Assembly (NCBI GenBank): GCA_964455755.1
Contig: CAYWAK010000004.1
Span: forward strand, 1 to 36,671
Length of the DNA: 36,671 nt
Direction: 5' to 3'
From: an uncultured Ardenticatenales bacterium
GTDB taxonomy: Bacteria; Chloroflexota; Anaerolineae; Ardenticatenales; JAADHH01
Position 1 is the first letter of the stretch. Every line of letters starts with the position of its first letter. A program made the translations under genes and the position numbers. This document shows positions 18,570 to 27,113 of this stretch, one piece after another. The notes under the pieces were generated by a model, which ran no database searches, had not been told where the DNA came from, and saw only the letters and a program-made list of their open reading frames with translations.

Positions 18570-20906
18570 TCAGGTCCTTTGTTGCCAGCGCCACTGGATG
18601 TACGCCTTGGCCTCGTTCCACAAAGCGGCCGGCCCGTGGTAGCGGAACATGTCCCAGCTTTTGCGCGCCAGGGTCAAGGGCGTGTCGTGGCTCCGGCCAT
18701 GGGCGATGGGGCTGGAGAGAAAGTCCGACCACGGCTCTACATCATCGTCGTCGTTGGCGGCGACGCCGTTGCCCGCAGGACGCGCCACTTGCTGCTGCAA
18801 TATCTCGGCGAAGCGGCGGGCCGAACGTTCCCAGGAAAGCGTCTGCACCTCCTCGTAGCCGGTCTCGATGAGGCGCTGTCGCAGTGGGTCATCATCCAGC
18901 AAGCGCAGCAGGGCGTGGGCGACGGCCTGGGGGTTTGGGTCGGCGAGCAGGGCGTTCTCCTCGTGGCGCAACAGATCGGCGGTCGTCTCGCCGGCCAACT
19001 CGACCACGGGGCACCGGCACGCCATCATCTCGAAGGGAATCAGCGAGCAATTGGTCGGCGAGAGGGAAAGGCCCACCGTTGCACCGGAATAGAGCCGGGC
19101 CAACTCGTCGTGGTTGAGGATTCCGCGATTGGTGTGCGGGAAAGGGATTGGATGGCCCCATGTGCCGCGCGTTCCGAAGAGAACGATTTCGACATCGGGG
19201 CGAGCCTGGGCCACGCGAGCGAGCGCCTCGATGCCCAGATCGAAGCAGCGGCGAGGCGTGCTGGGCCGCGCGTAGAAGACGATGCGCGGCCGGTCGGGTG
19301 GTGGCTCCGGTCGCGGATAGTAGGTCAGCCGGTCCACGCCAAAGGGAAAGTGCGCGGTCTCCATGCCATACCGTTCGCGTAAGAGGCGAGCCAGCCAGGG
19401 CCCCAGGGTGATGGCAAAGAGGGGCAGGCGGTACGTCCCTTCGGCATAAAGATATTGTGTACCCATCGCGTAAAAGTACGGCTCGAAGTCCTGCACAAGG
19501 TAGAAGTTTCGCCGGCTGGAACGGCACCGCGCAGTCACGTAGGCGCTGGGCCAGGTAGTCGCGATGAGGGCGTCGGCAGGGGGCAGGTTGTTCCAGCCCT
19601 CTACGATTTCCGCACCGGTTTCAAAGAAATGTTGGTGGATGAATTGCGCTGTGCGATTCTGGCCTACACCGGGCACCGGTTCGACCAGCAGCCGCACTTT
19701 GTGTCCGAAATTGACGAGGGAACGGGCCAGGCGAAAAATGTCGGTGTGGCCGCCCGAGCCGGCGATGGGACGCGAGACAAGCCAGTTGATGACCAGCGGC
19801 GTAGCCTTGTGCCGATCTGGGTGCGCGTGTGTCGTGGAAGCAATCTCCTGCAACGTCTCACGAAGCTTTTCCGCGGCGGCCTCCGGGCGATAGCGGTCCA
19901 GGGCCTGTTGCCGGGCCGCTTCCCCGATGCGCCGGCACAGATCAGGTTCCTCGATCAGCCGCGTCAGGGCATTGCGCCACGCGGCGGGGTCGCCGGCGAG
20001 AAAGCCTGTCTCACCGTCCTGGACAGCGAACTCGAAGGCGTCTATGCGGCTGGCCACGACCGGCCGACCTACCAGCGCCGCTTCCATCCACTTGATTTCG
20101 CTTTTGGCGCGGCAGTACGGGTTCCCCTGCTCCAGCAGCGCGAGGACGACATCCACGGAAGCGATGGCCGCCGGCAGTTTGCGCCACGCCAGCAGGGGCA
20201 GGCGTTGCACCCGCTCGCCAAAAACGTCGAATTCCGGCGGCAATCGCAGCGGGCCTCGCACGTGCAGATCCACGAACGGGTAGCGGACCATGACCTCGTG
20301 GAGAGCGCCGGCCGCCTCCAGGAAATCTTTGTCATGGGTGGCCGTGCCACTGAAGTAGCCGATGACGAAGCGATCATCGTGCGGCGCGCGGCGCCGGATG
20401 GCTTCATCGGAGAGACGGATCATCTCTGCGCTGGCGGCGTTACGCACCACGTAGGCCGCCGGCACACCGCAGCGACGGACGCGACCGGCCAAATAGTTTG
20501 TCGCCGTGAGCACGGCATCGCACTGCTCCATCGTAGCCCGGTAGCGAGCGGTGCCCTGCACGTAAAGGTCGCGTTCTGCGGGAGACATGCTGTGCAAGGC
20601 GTCCACGCGACCGGCCAGATGCGGCTCAAAGACGAGGTCGTCTACGTCGTAGAGCACCAGCTTGCCGGCACGGTGAGCAGCGGCGATGAGCGCGCCGACG
20701 GTGTCATCGTAGGGCACACGGTGCAGGATCACCAAATCGTGCGCCAGTGCTTCTTGGGGCGACCAACCGGCAAAATAATCGGCCACGGTACTCTCGATGC
20801 CGAACAACTTCAGTTGCTCCGCGTGGTGGTCACAGCGGTACCGATCTGCGCCACCATGTTTGCAACCGGTGAGGAAGAAAACCGTTCTGGGCAGGGATTT
20901 GCTCAT
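18570..20906 (-). CDS. Two-module glycosyltransferase (N-terminal GT-B module A + C-terminal WsaF-like GT-B module B)
   Basis: Residues 8-355 are paralogous to CDS 24999..26282 (RYRCDHH, YDVDDLVFEP, IGYFSGTATHDKDF, CRAKSEIKWMEAALVGRPVVAS). Residues 371-706 are paralogous to the N-terminus of CDS 20988..22889 (INWLV...GSGGH, LVQDFEPYF, IVFYARPSTPRR, NCSLIPFEMMACRCPVV). Start is ATG 20906 or GTG 20912. Confidence 0.8.
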   Translation of the reverse strand: MSKSLPRTVFFLTGCKHGGADRYRCDHHAEQLKLFGIESTVADYFAGWSPQEALAHDLVILHRVPYDDTVGALIAAAHRAGKLVLYDVDDLVFEPHLAGRVDALHSMSPAERDLYVQGTARYRATMEQCDAVLTATNYLAGRVRRCGVPAAYVVRNAASAEMIRLSDEAIRRRAPHDDRFVIGYFSGTATHDKDFLEAAGALHEVMVRYPFVDLHVRGPLRLPPEFDVFGERVQRLPLLAWRKLPAAIASVDVVLALLEQGNPYCRAKSEIKWMEAALVGRPVVASRIDAFEFAVQDGETGFLAGDPAAWRNALTRLIEEPDLCRRIGEAARQQALDRYRPEAAAEKLRETLQEIASTTHAHPDRHKATPLVINWLVSRPIAGSGGHTDIFRLARSLVNFGHKVRLLVEPVPGVGQNRTAQFIHQHFFETGAEIVEGWNNLPPADALIATTWPSAYVTARCRSSRRNFYLVQDFEPYFYAMGTQYLYAEGTYRLPLFAITLGPWLARLLRERYGMETAHFPFGVDRLTYYPRPEPPPDRPRIVFYARPSTPRRCFDLGIEALARVAQARPDVEIVLFGTRGTWGHPIPFPHTNRGILNHDELARLYSGATVGLSLSPTNCSLIPFEMMACRCPVVELAGETTADLLRHEENALLADPNPQAVAHALLRLLDDDPLRQRLIETGYEEVQTLSWERSARRFAEILQQQVARPAGNGVAANDDDDVEPWSDFLSSPIAHGRSHDTPLTLARKSWDMFRYHGPAALWNEAKAYIQWRWQQRT

Positions 20907-20914
20907 GGTCACTG

Positions 20915-20943
20915 ATTATAACGTTACTCGTGACTTCAGGCAA
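20915..20943 (-). promoter_or_regulatory. Sigma-70-like box TTGCCT-N17-TATAAT, 8 nt upstream of the ATG at 20906 (near-leaderless)
   Basis: Minus strand: TTGCCT (20938-20943), 17 nt spacer, TATAAT (20915-20920). No SD precedes the start codon. Confidence 0.3.
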
Positions 20944-20987
20944 ATCCGGGGGTTGCGGCGGGTATAGTAGGGGGGAATGCCTCGCCT

Positions 20988-22889
20988 CTACTGCGTTTTC
21001 CGCCAGTGCAGGTAGCTGCGGATTTCCGCGCGCACGCCGGCCAGACCACGCTGCCTCCCGACGGTCAGGGCACGCAGCGGCAACTGCCACCAGGGGGTTG
21101 GCTGTACCAGGTGTTCCGGCGGCACCGGCACCGGTTCTTCCTCCAGCGAGACAGCACGATAGGCCAATTCGCCGGGAACCGGCCGGCCGTTCTCATAGCG
21201 GCCTTCGCCCGTGTCGTAGCGCCAGAGCGTGATCGCGTCTCCCCGGGCCGAGCCGGGCGCTTCCAGGAAGAAATAGAACTGGCGGCCCTGAGAAGTGGGC
21301 ACCGGCGGAAAGACAAAGGAGTGATACTTTGTGTCCTCCAACTCCAGAGCAGGGACGGCGACGGTGGCGATATCTGTCTGATCCTCCGGGTCGCGGCGCA
21401 GATGGAAGACCACCTCGCCGCTATTGAGCCGGTGATAGGTAGAGATGAGCAGATCAATGCGGTGAAGATTGTGGTGTTGGGCCACGAAAGTCTGGCCCAT
21501 GGTGCGTCCGGCGACAAGTTCGCCTGTCGGACGGCGCATTCGTCCGCCGGCGATCACCTGTGGCCGGAAGCGGAACAGCGTGGCAAGCAAATTGCGCGCA
21601 GTTGCCAGCCATGCCTTGCGACGCCGCTCTCCTCGGATGCGCGTGTCGAGTTCGTGCCAGATGGTTGCGCGTTCAACCTCGCGCCGCTCTTTCAGGCGCG
21701 CGATCTGTCGCTCGATTTCGCGCAGCAACTCGCGCGACTGTGGCGCGGCGGGCGCGGCGTCGCGTTGACCAATCAAGCGGCCCGGCTGCAGAGGCCGGCC
21801 GGCTGCGTCCGGCAGATTGCGCAACAGGATCGCTTCCACCTGGCGTGCGGCTCGCTCCCAGGTCAATGATTGCACCTCCCGGAAGGCGGTTTCCACCAGC
21901 CGGTCGCGCAGATGTTCGTCGTAGAGCAATTCCAGCACGGCGTCGGCAATGCTTTGTGGCGTAGGGTCGGCCAGCATGGCATTTACGCGATCCTGCATGA
22001 CCCCCTGGGTAGTTTCCACGCTCAAGTCCACGACGGCGCAGCGGCAAGCCATCATCTCGCGGGGGGCAAAGGAACAGTTCGTCAGGGAAAGGACAAGGCC
22101 CACAGTTGCGGACGAGTAGAGTTCGGCGAGTTGATCCACGGGCAAGACGCCGCGATTCACATAAGGAAAGGGCACCGCGTACGCCGAGAGGTCATCTGCG
22201 CCGAAGAAGACGATTTCGACATCGGGGCGTAGCCGATGGACGCGGGCCAACGCTTCCACGCCAAGCGAAAAGGCGCGTCGCGGTGTGCTCGGCCGGGCAT
22301 AAAAGACAACTCTCGGTCGCGTTGGCTTCGGCAGAGCGCGGGGATAGTAAATGGCGGTATCTACGGGGAAGTCGAAGTAATCGGCTTCCGCGTCATAACG
22401 ATCGCGTAACAGGTTGGTTAACCACGGGCCCAGGGTAATGGCGGTCATGCCCAAACGGTAGGTGTGCTCCGCTTCCAGGTATTCGGCGCTCATGGGTACA
22501 AAATAGGGCTCAAAGTCCTGCACAAAATAGAACTTGTGTGCGCGGGTATCTGCTTCGTACACCAGGTAGGCAGTCCGCCAATGCGTGGCCAGGAGGGCGT
22601 CGCTATCGTGGGTTATGCCATTCCAGCGGTGGATGTCCGCACCGAGGGGGAAGAAGTGCTCCTCGATAAAGCGGGCAATGCCGGCCTCGTCCGTATGTTG
22701 TGCCCATTCGTGGGGAACGACGTAGACACGTTGGTGATATCCGAAATCAGAGAGGTAGCGGATAATGCGGAAGATACCGAAATGGCCGCCGGCGCCTTTC
22801 CACGGCTCCGGAATGACCCAATTCAGGGTCAGCGGCCGGGTTTCTTCCTGGTCCCGTGCGGGCGGAGGCATTTGATTCACGGTGTGCAT
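20988..22889 (-). CDS. WsaF-like GT-B glycosyltransferase + central coiled coil + C-terminal ~130 aa module
   Basis: 633 aa. Residues 18-365 carry LNWVIPEPWKGAGGH, FVQDFEPYF, VVFYARPSTPRR and NCSFAPREMMACRCAVV; from memory this resembles WsaF-type rhamnosyltransferases. Residues 384-427 are charged and heptad-like (RELLREIERQIARLKERREVERA). Residues 455-585 carry GQTFVAQ...FHLRRDPE...YHSFVFP...RQFYFFLEAP...GDAITLW. The start overlaps the upstream stop by 13 nt. Confidence 0.8.
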   Translation of the reverse strand: MHTVNQMPPPARDQEETRPLTLNWVIPEPWKGAGGHFGIFRIIRYLSDFGYHQRVYVVPHEWAQHTDEAGIARFIEEHFFPLGADIHRWNGITHDSDALLATHWRTAYLVYEADTRAHKFYFVQDFEPYFVPMSAEYLEAEHTYRLGMTAITLGPWLTNLLRDRYDAEADYFDFPVDTAIYYPRALPKPTRPRVVFYARPSTPRRAFSLGVEALARVHRLRPDVEIVFFGADDLSAYAVPFPYVNRGVLPVDQLAELYSSATVGLVLSLTNCSFAPREMMACRCAVVDLSVETTQGVMQDRVNAMLADPTPQSIADAVLELLYDEHLRDRLVETAFREVQSLTWERAARQVEAILLRNLPDAAGRPLQPGRLIGQRDAAPAAPQSRELLREIERQIARLKERREVERATIWHELDTRIRGERRRKAWLATARNLLATLFRFRPQVIAGGRMRRPTGELVAGRTMGQTFVAQHHNLHRIDLLISTYHRLNSGEVVFHLRRDPEDQTDIATVAVPALELEDTKYHSFVFPPVPTSQGRQFYFFLEAPGSARGDAITLWRYDTGEGRYENGRPVPGELAYRAVSLEEEPVPVPPEHLVQPTPWWQLPLRALTVGRQRGLAGVRAEIRSYLHWRKTQ

Positions 22890-24934
22890 TGCTCGCTGAC
22901 AGCACGTTTGGACAACATGATCGGCAGGTATTTCTTGTATGGATAGGACACGGCCGGCGGTCGCAAGAGAATAATACCGTCATACGGCGGCAGGGTGACG
23001 CTGTTCACTTCGCTCCCATCATTCACCGTGCGATCTTGCACGCCATTGATCTTGCGGAACGTGCCGCCCAAATCCACGACACGGGCGTGCGGCGAAGCGT
23101 TCACCAGGGCAACGCCATGCGCAAAGTCACGTCGCCAAAGCCGCGCAGCGCCAGACTGGAAGCGCACATCATCCACCCAGACATCTCCCGTAGCCGAGGC
23201 AAGCCCGAATCCGATGCCGGCCCCGCCATGCCCAAAGGTCTGGTTGGCGCGAAAGGAGATGGTGTAATGCCGCCAGGAGGTTCCCAGGTCACGCATCGTC
23301 CAAAGGCCAAGCAACGAGTAGGGATTGTTCATCATTTGGACCCAGATGGCAATCTGCCGGTGGCTGGAGGCGCGCGCCCAGAAAGAGACGGTGTAGGTCT
23401 GATCTTTGGAAACGGACACATCGCCATGCAGAAGGCGCACCCGCCACCAGTTGCCGTAGTCGTCTGCGCCGGGTGCCTGGCGTATGGCCACGTGCATGGA
23501 CGAATTGCCGCCGCTGCACGAGGTCATATCCGGGCTGAAGGAGGCATCGTAGCCGGATCCATGGTCCACGTAGGTATCCCAATCCGTTTGGCCGTCTTCG
23601 AAGGAGCCGTTTGCAAGCAGGGTGCCGGGCAATTCGTCGAGCCAACGCGCATCGGCCAGGGGCTGGCCCAGGTAGCCACGGCCCTGACCGGCATTGTCGT
23701 ACTCATCAAACCACCAGGTATCGCCGTGCCGTTGATCGCCGCTGTCGTAGTAGAAGAAGCCATCCCCCATCAGCGTGCTGGCCAGCCCGAAGCGCATGTC
23801 CCGATAGCTCACCTGGTCCGTGTTGTACGTATTGCTGTTGATGAGCGCCGTGAAAGGGGGCTGGCCCAATTGCGCCCAGGTGGCGTAGCGGTTCATCTCG
23901 AATTGCCAGCGATCGAGTTCCGCGATGTAGGGACTGCTTGCCGTCTGGCCGTAGGGGTCTTTTTGCGCGCTGAAACTTTCGAGCATCAGCCCGTTCATTT
24001 GATCATATGGTGTGCATGAAGTGTTGCCAACAAGCAAGAAGTCGGGACCGGCATAGGCGCGTATCTGGGTGATGAGCTGGCGCACACCGTCCTGCCAGCC
24101 GACCGTGGCATCGGCGACACCGTCGTTGTTAGCATCGGTGTTGCCCCCTTCGATCCACTCAAGGTGGTCGGCGCACTGATCGAGCAAGACGCCGTCCCAC
24201 AGCCCGGAGGCGATGATGGTGTCGCGCACATATTGCGCCAGGAAATCGGTCCAGCGGCGGCCCTGACCGTCGCGCGGCGTGTAAATGCTGTTGTTGAGCA
24301 TCCACGTGCGCCCCAACTCATAATCGTAAAAGCTGGAGGCATGCGCAGCAATGTGTGTGCCTTTCGAATGGGAGGCGGCGACAGAATAGTATCCCCTTTG
24401 CACGCGAATCCGGTTGCCCGAAACCGACGTGACGTGCATGTGTTCCAAGCCTACGCGAACGTCGTCGCCGGCCTTCAGCTTACTGCCATTGGCCACATAA
24501 AACTGCGTGTCGGTGGCACCGATGTCCTGGTCCAGCTTTGTGTAGGGTCGCAGCAACCACCATCCGTCGTAAGGCGTCTGCAGGAAGCGCGTGTCTGCCT
24601 CTTGAGGCAACACCTCTTCCGTCGGAATGAAGGCCAGGATTTTGGCGTTTGGGTTCAGGGCGCGAAGCTGCGCCAGCGATTGTGGGCGCATGCGCACGAT
24701 GCGGTCGTCCAGCACAATGACGTCGTTACGGGCGATGGCCGGCAATTCGGCCTCATCCAGAGCATGCGCCTGATAAATGTGCAGACGCGGGTAGTCATAA
24801 TTCAACGTTGCCTGCGTATGTACGGCGGGCGTCTGTGCCGTCGCCCTGTGGGCAAAGAACAGCACAGAGGACATCAGGGCCAGCACAAGGGCTGCGCCCC
24901 CCAACGTGTTTCGTATCGCTTTGGCCAATTTCAT
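22877..24934 (-). CDS. Secreted glycoside-hydrolase-like protein (GHL15-like TIM barrel, tentative) + CBM4/9-like carbohydrate-binding module
   Basis: 685 aa with a signal peptide (GGAALVLALMSSVLFFAHRATAQ). The central region carries WDGVLLDQCADHLEW...NNDGVAD. The C-terminal part carries LANGSFEDGQTDW...TYTVSFWARA...VWVDDVRF, typical of CBM4_9 jelly-rolls. AAGGA lies upstream of the ATG. Confidence 0.65.
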   Translation of the reverse strand: MKLAKAIRNTLGGAALVLALMSSVLFFAHRATAQTPAVHTQATLNYDYPRLHIYQAHALDEAELPAIARNDVIVLDDRIVRMRPQSLAQLRALNPNAKILAFIPTEEVLPQEADTRFLQTPYDGWWLLRPYTKLDQDIGATDTQFYVANGSKLKAGDDVRVGLEHMHVTSVSGNRIRVQRGYYSVAASHSKGTHIAAHASSFYDYELGRTWMLNNSIYTPRDGQGRRWTDFLAQYVRDTIIASGLWDGVLLDQCADHLEWIEGGNTDANNDGVADATVGWQDGVRQLITQIRAYAGPDFLLVGNTSCTPYDQMNGLMLESFSAQKDPYGQTASSPYIAELDRWQFEMNRYATWAQLGQPPFTALINSNTYNTDQVSYRDMRFGLASTLMGDGFFYYDSGDQRHGDTWWFDEYDNAGQGRGYLGQPLADARWLDELPGTLLANGSFEDGQTDWDTYVDHGSGYDASFSPDMTSCSGGNSSMHVAIRQAPGADDYGNWWRVRLLHGDVSVSKDQTYTVSFWARASSHRQIAIWVQMMNNPYSLLGLWTMRDLGTSWRHYTISFRANQTFGHGGAGIGFGLASATGDVWVDDVRFQSGAARLWRRDFAHGVALVNASPHARVVDLGGTFRKINGVQDRTVNDGSEVNSVTLPPYDGIILLRPPAVSYPYKKYLPIMLSKRAVSEQCTP

Positions 24935-24998
24935 GAAATCCTTTTTGCGTCCGTTTGCCTCGCGGAGACTTCAGGCCACGGCAAGATTCGACCAGCCT

Positions 24999-26282
24999 CT
25001 ACTGAAGGGCGGCCAACTGGGCCAGCACCTGTTCCATTTCATGGTGGATGCTGCGTTGAAAGGCGGCAAACGCCTCCTCCTGTTGGGCACTCATTTGCCG
25101 CAAGCCTTCCACCTGCGATTGTTGCTTCTCGATGACATCCTGCTGCCGCGTGATGTGCCGCAAGAGCCGGGCGATGATTTGCTCGGCCAACAGGGCGGCG
25201 GGCGGCGCAGGCGGTGCATCTGCCAACAGTGTTTGCAGCATGTCCCCAAACTCGCTGCTGCAACTTTCGGGCGTATAGCGGCGGTACACATCCTGTAACG
25301 CGGCCTGGCCAAGGGCATGGCGTCGCTCTGGATCACCAATCAATTCGTGCAGCGCCCGCTCCCAATCATCTGGGGTCTGCGCCAACAATCCGTTCTCCCC
25401 GTCCGTGATGGCCCATCTGTAGGCATCCGTCGGACTGGCGACGGTAGGAACGGCCACCGCGCCCGCTTCAAAATACTTGAGTTCGCTCTTTGCCCGGCAA
25501 AAGGGACTCTCTGTCTGCAGCGGCACAATGTTGATATCCGTTTGGGCAATGACGTGCGGCAGTTCACGCCAGGGCAGATAGGGCGTGCGTACGACACGAT
25601 CCAACAGCGGATCGAATTTGTAGCTCAGATTTAGTTCGCCGGCCACGTGCAGCCACACGTGCGGGTGAGCGCGCATCACCTTGACCAACACATCGGTAAT
25701 CGCGCGAAAGTCCCGATCGTGGGAGCCGCTCCCGCTGAAATAGCCGATAATCACGCGGTCATCGTCGGGCGAACGGTGGCGGTTCCGCTGCGCCTCCTCC
25801 GAGATACGCAGCAATTCGTCGCTCAGCACATTGCGATTGACGAAGGCCTGTTTGCCAAATCGGCGCGCAGCTTCTGCCAGGTATTCCGTCGGGACGAGCA
25901 CATGGCGACAACGTTGGAAGGTGGCTTCGTAGCCACGCAACACTTGCCGGTAGCGGCGGGCCTCTGCCGCCGTCATCGTATCCAACAGCGGCACCTGGCC
26001 GGCCGCCTCCGGATCGAAAATGAGATCATCGGTCTCGAACAATACCGGTTTATGCGCGAACTCCGTCAACGCCAGGAAATCGGCGATCAGGGGGGAGAAG
26101 GGCACTCGATGAAGGATAATAACATCATGAAGAGCCACATCCCCCAGGATTGTGGAGTCATCGTCCAGTTTCAGGGTGTTTTGAATTCCCAGCAAGCGCA
26201 ACTGCGCTTGCTGGTGGTCACAGCGATAGCGGCGGGTATCCCCCGGCGTACCGCTCACAAAAAGCACGGCTCGTTCGGTCAT
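24999..26282 (-). CDS. GT-B glycosyltransferase (module A) with ~70 aa C-terminal coiled-coil tail
   Basis: 427 aa with RYRCDHQ, FETDDLIFDP, IGYFSGSGSHDRDF and CRAKSELKYFEAGAVAVPTVAS. The tail is LLAEQIIARLLRHITRQQDVIEKQQSQVEGLRQMSAQQEEAFAAFQRSIHHEMEQVLAQLAALQ. There is a 4-nt ATGA overlap with the wzm stop. Confidence 0.75.
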   Translation of the reverse strand: MTERAVLFVSGTPGDTRRYRCDHQQAQLRLLGIQNTLKLDDDSTILGDVALHDVIILHRVPFSPLIADFLALTEFAHKPVLFETDDLIFDPEAAGQVPLLDTMTAAEARRYRQVLRGYEATFQRCRHVLVPTEYLAEAARRFGKQAFVNRNVLSDELLRISEEAQRNRHRSPDDDRVIIGYFSGSGSHDRDFRAITDVLVKVMRAHPHVWLHVAGELNLSYKFDPLLDRVVRTPYLPWRELPHVIAQTDINIVPLQTESPFCRAKSELKYFEAGAVAVPTVASPTDAYRWAITDGENGLLAQTPDDWERALHELIGDPERRHALGQAALQDVYRRYTPESCSSEFGDMLQTLLADAPPAPPAALLAEQIIARLLRHITRQQDVIEKQQSQVEGLRQMSAQQEEAFAAFQRSIHHEMEQVLAQLAALQ

Positions 26283-27109
26283 ACTTCCTCACTGAAGCGC
26301 GGGCTAAATCGGCGGAAAACGGCATATCCTACGACAAGAAACGCAACCGCCGTGAAAAAGGTACGCAGGAAGAAGTCCCCCGCCGGCGGAATGCCTTTGT
26401 AAAGCACCTCGCGATAGGCCGCCACCAACGAGGCCATCGGGTTGAGATAGAATGTCCAGCTCCACACATTGATGGTCATCCCCAACACAACCTGTTTGTG
26501 CGGCAAGATTTCGATGGGGTAGAACACGGGCGTGAGGAAGAACCACGCCAGCATGACAACCTCCATGATTACGCGCATATCGCGGTAGAAGACGTTGATA
26601 GTACCCAAGATAAAGGTCAGCCCAATCGTGAAGAAAAGCTGCGTCACGACGATAACGGGGAGTAGCAGTACCCAGACGGTGACCCGAATGCCGGAAAGGT
26701 ACAGCAAAGGAAAAAGGACCAGCAGAGAGAGCAGGAAGTTTACCAGGTTGGATAGGACCAGGGAAATCGGCAGGACTTCGTGCGGAAAATAGACCTTGCG
26801 CACCAGGTCGGCATGGCTAACCACGCTGTCCAGCCCACCGACAACAGACATAGAGAACCAGTTCCAGGGCAACAGGCCGATGAGGACAAAAGCCGGAAAA
26901 TGCTCAACGTTGCCGCTGGGAATCATTACCGTGAAGACGGCCGTGAAAACGATCATCATCAGCAATGGGTTGATGAGACTCCACAAGAAGCCGAGAACGG
27001 AGTTCTTGTACCGCACCTTCAGGTCTCGCAACACCAGGTTGGCAAGAAGGTCGCGGTAGGTATAAAGCTCACGAAGGTCGTTTGGCAAATTCGTTATCTG
27101 TGCGATCAT
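26279..27109 (-). CDS. wzm: ABC-2 type polysaccharide exporter permease
   Basis: 276 aa. RDLLANLVLRDLKVRYKNSVLGFLWSLINPLLMM is the hallmark N-terminus of Wzm/TagG/KpsM permeases. Six TM helices. Confidence 0.9.
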   Translation of the reverse strand: MIAQITNLPNDLRELYTYRDLLANLVLRDLKVRYKNSVLGFLWSLINPLLMMIVFTAVFTVMIPSGNVEHFPAFVLIGLLPWNWFSMSVVGGLDSVVSHADLVRKVYFPHEVLPISLVLSNLVNFLLSLLVLFPLLYLSGIRVTVWVLLLPVIVVTQLFFTIGLTFILGTINVFYRDMRVIMEVVMLAWFFLTPVFYPIEILPHKQVVLGMTINVWSWTFYLNPMASLVAAYREVLYKGIPPAGDFFLRTFFTAVAFLVVGYAVFRRFSPRFSEEV

Positions 27110-27113
27110 GGCC

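Noticed and set aside
17203-18732. Track start sites that extend ORFs upstream (18732 for the GT4; also 6957, 8425, 32102, 34905, 36328)
   Set aside because: The extensions use TTG or upstream codons, overlap the preceding gene or the SD itself, and add non-homologous residues. Downstream ATG/GTG codons with proper SD spacing fit better.
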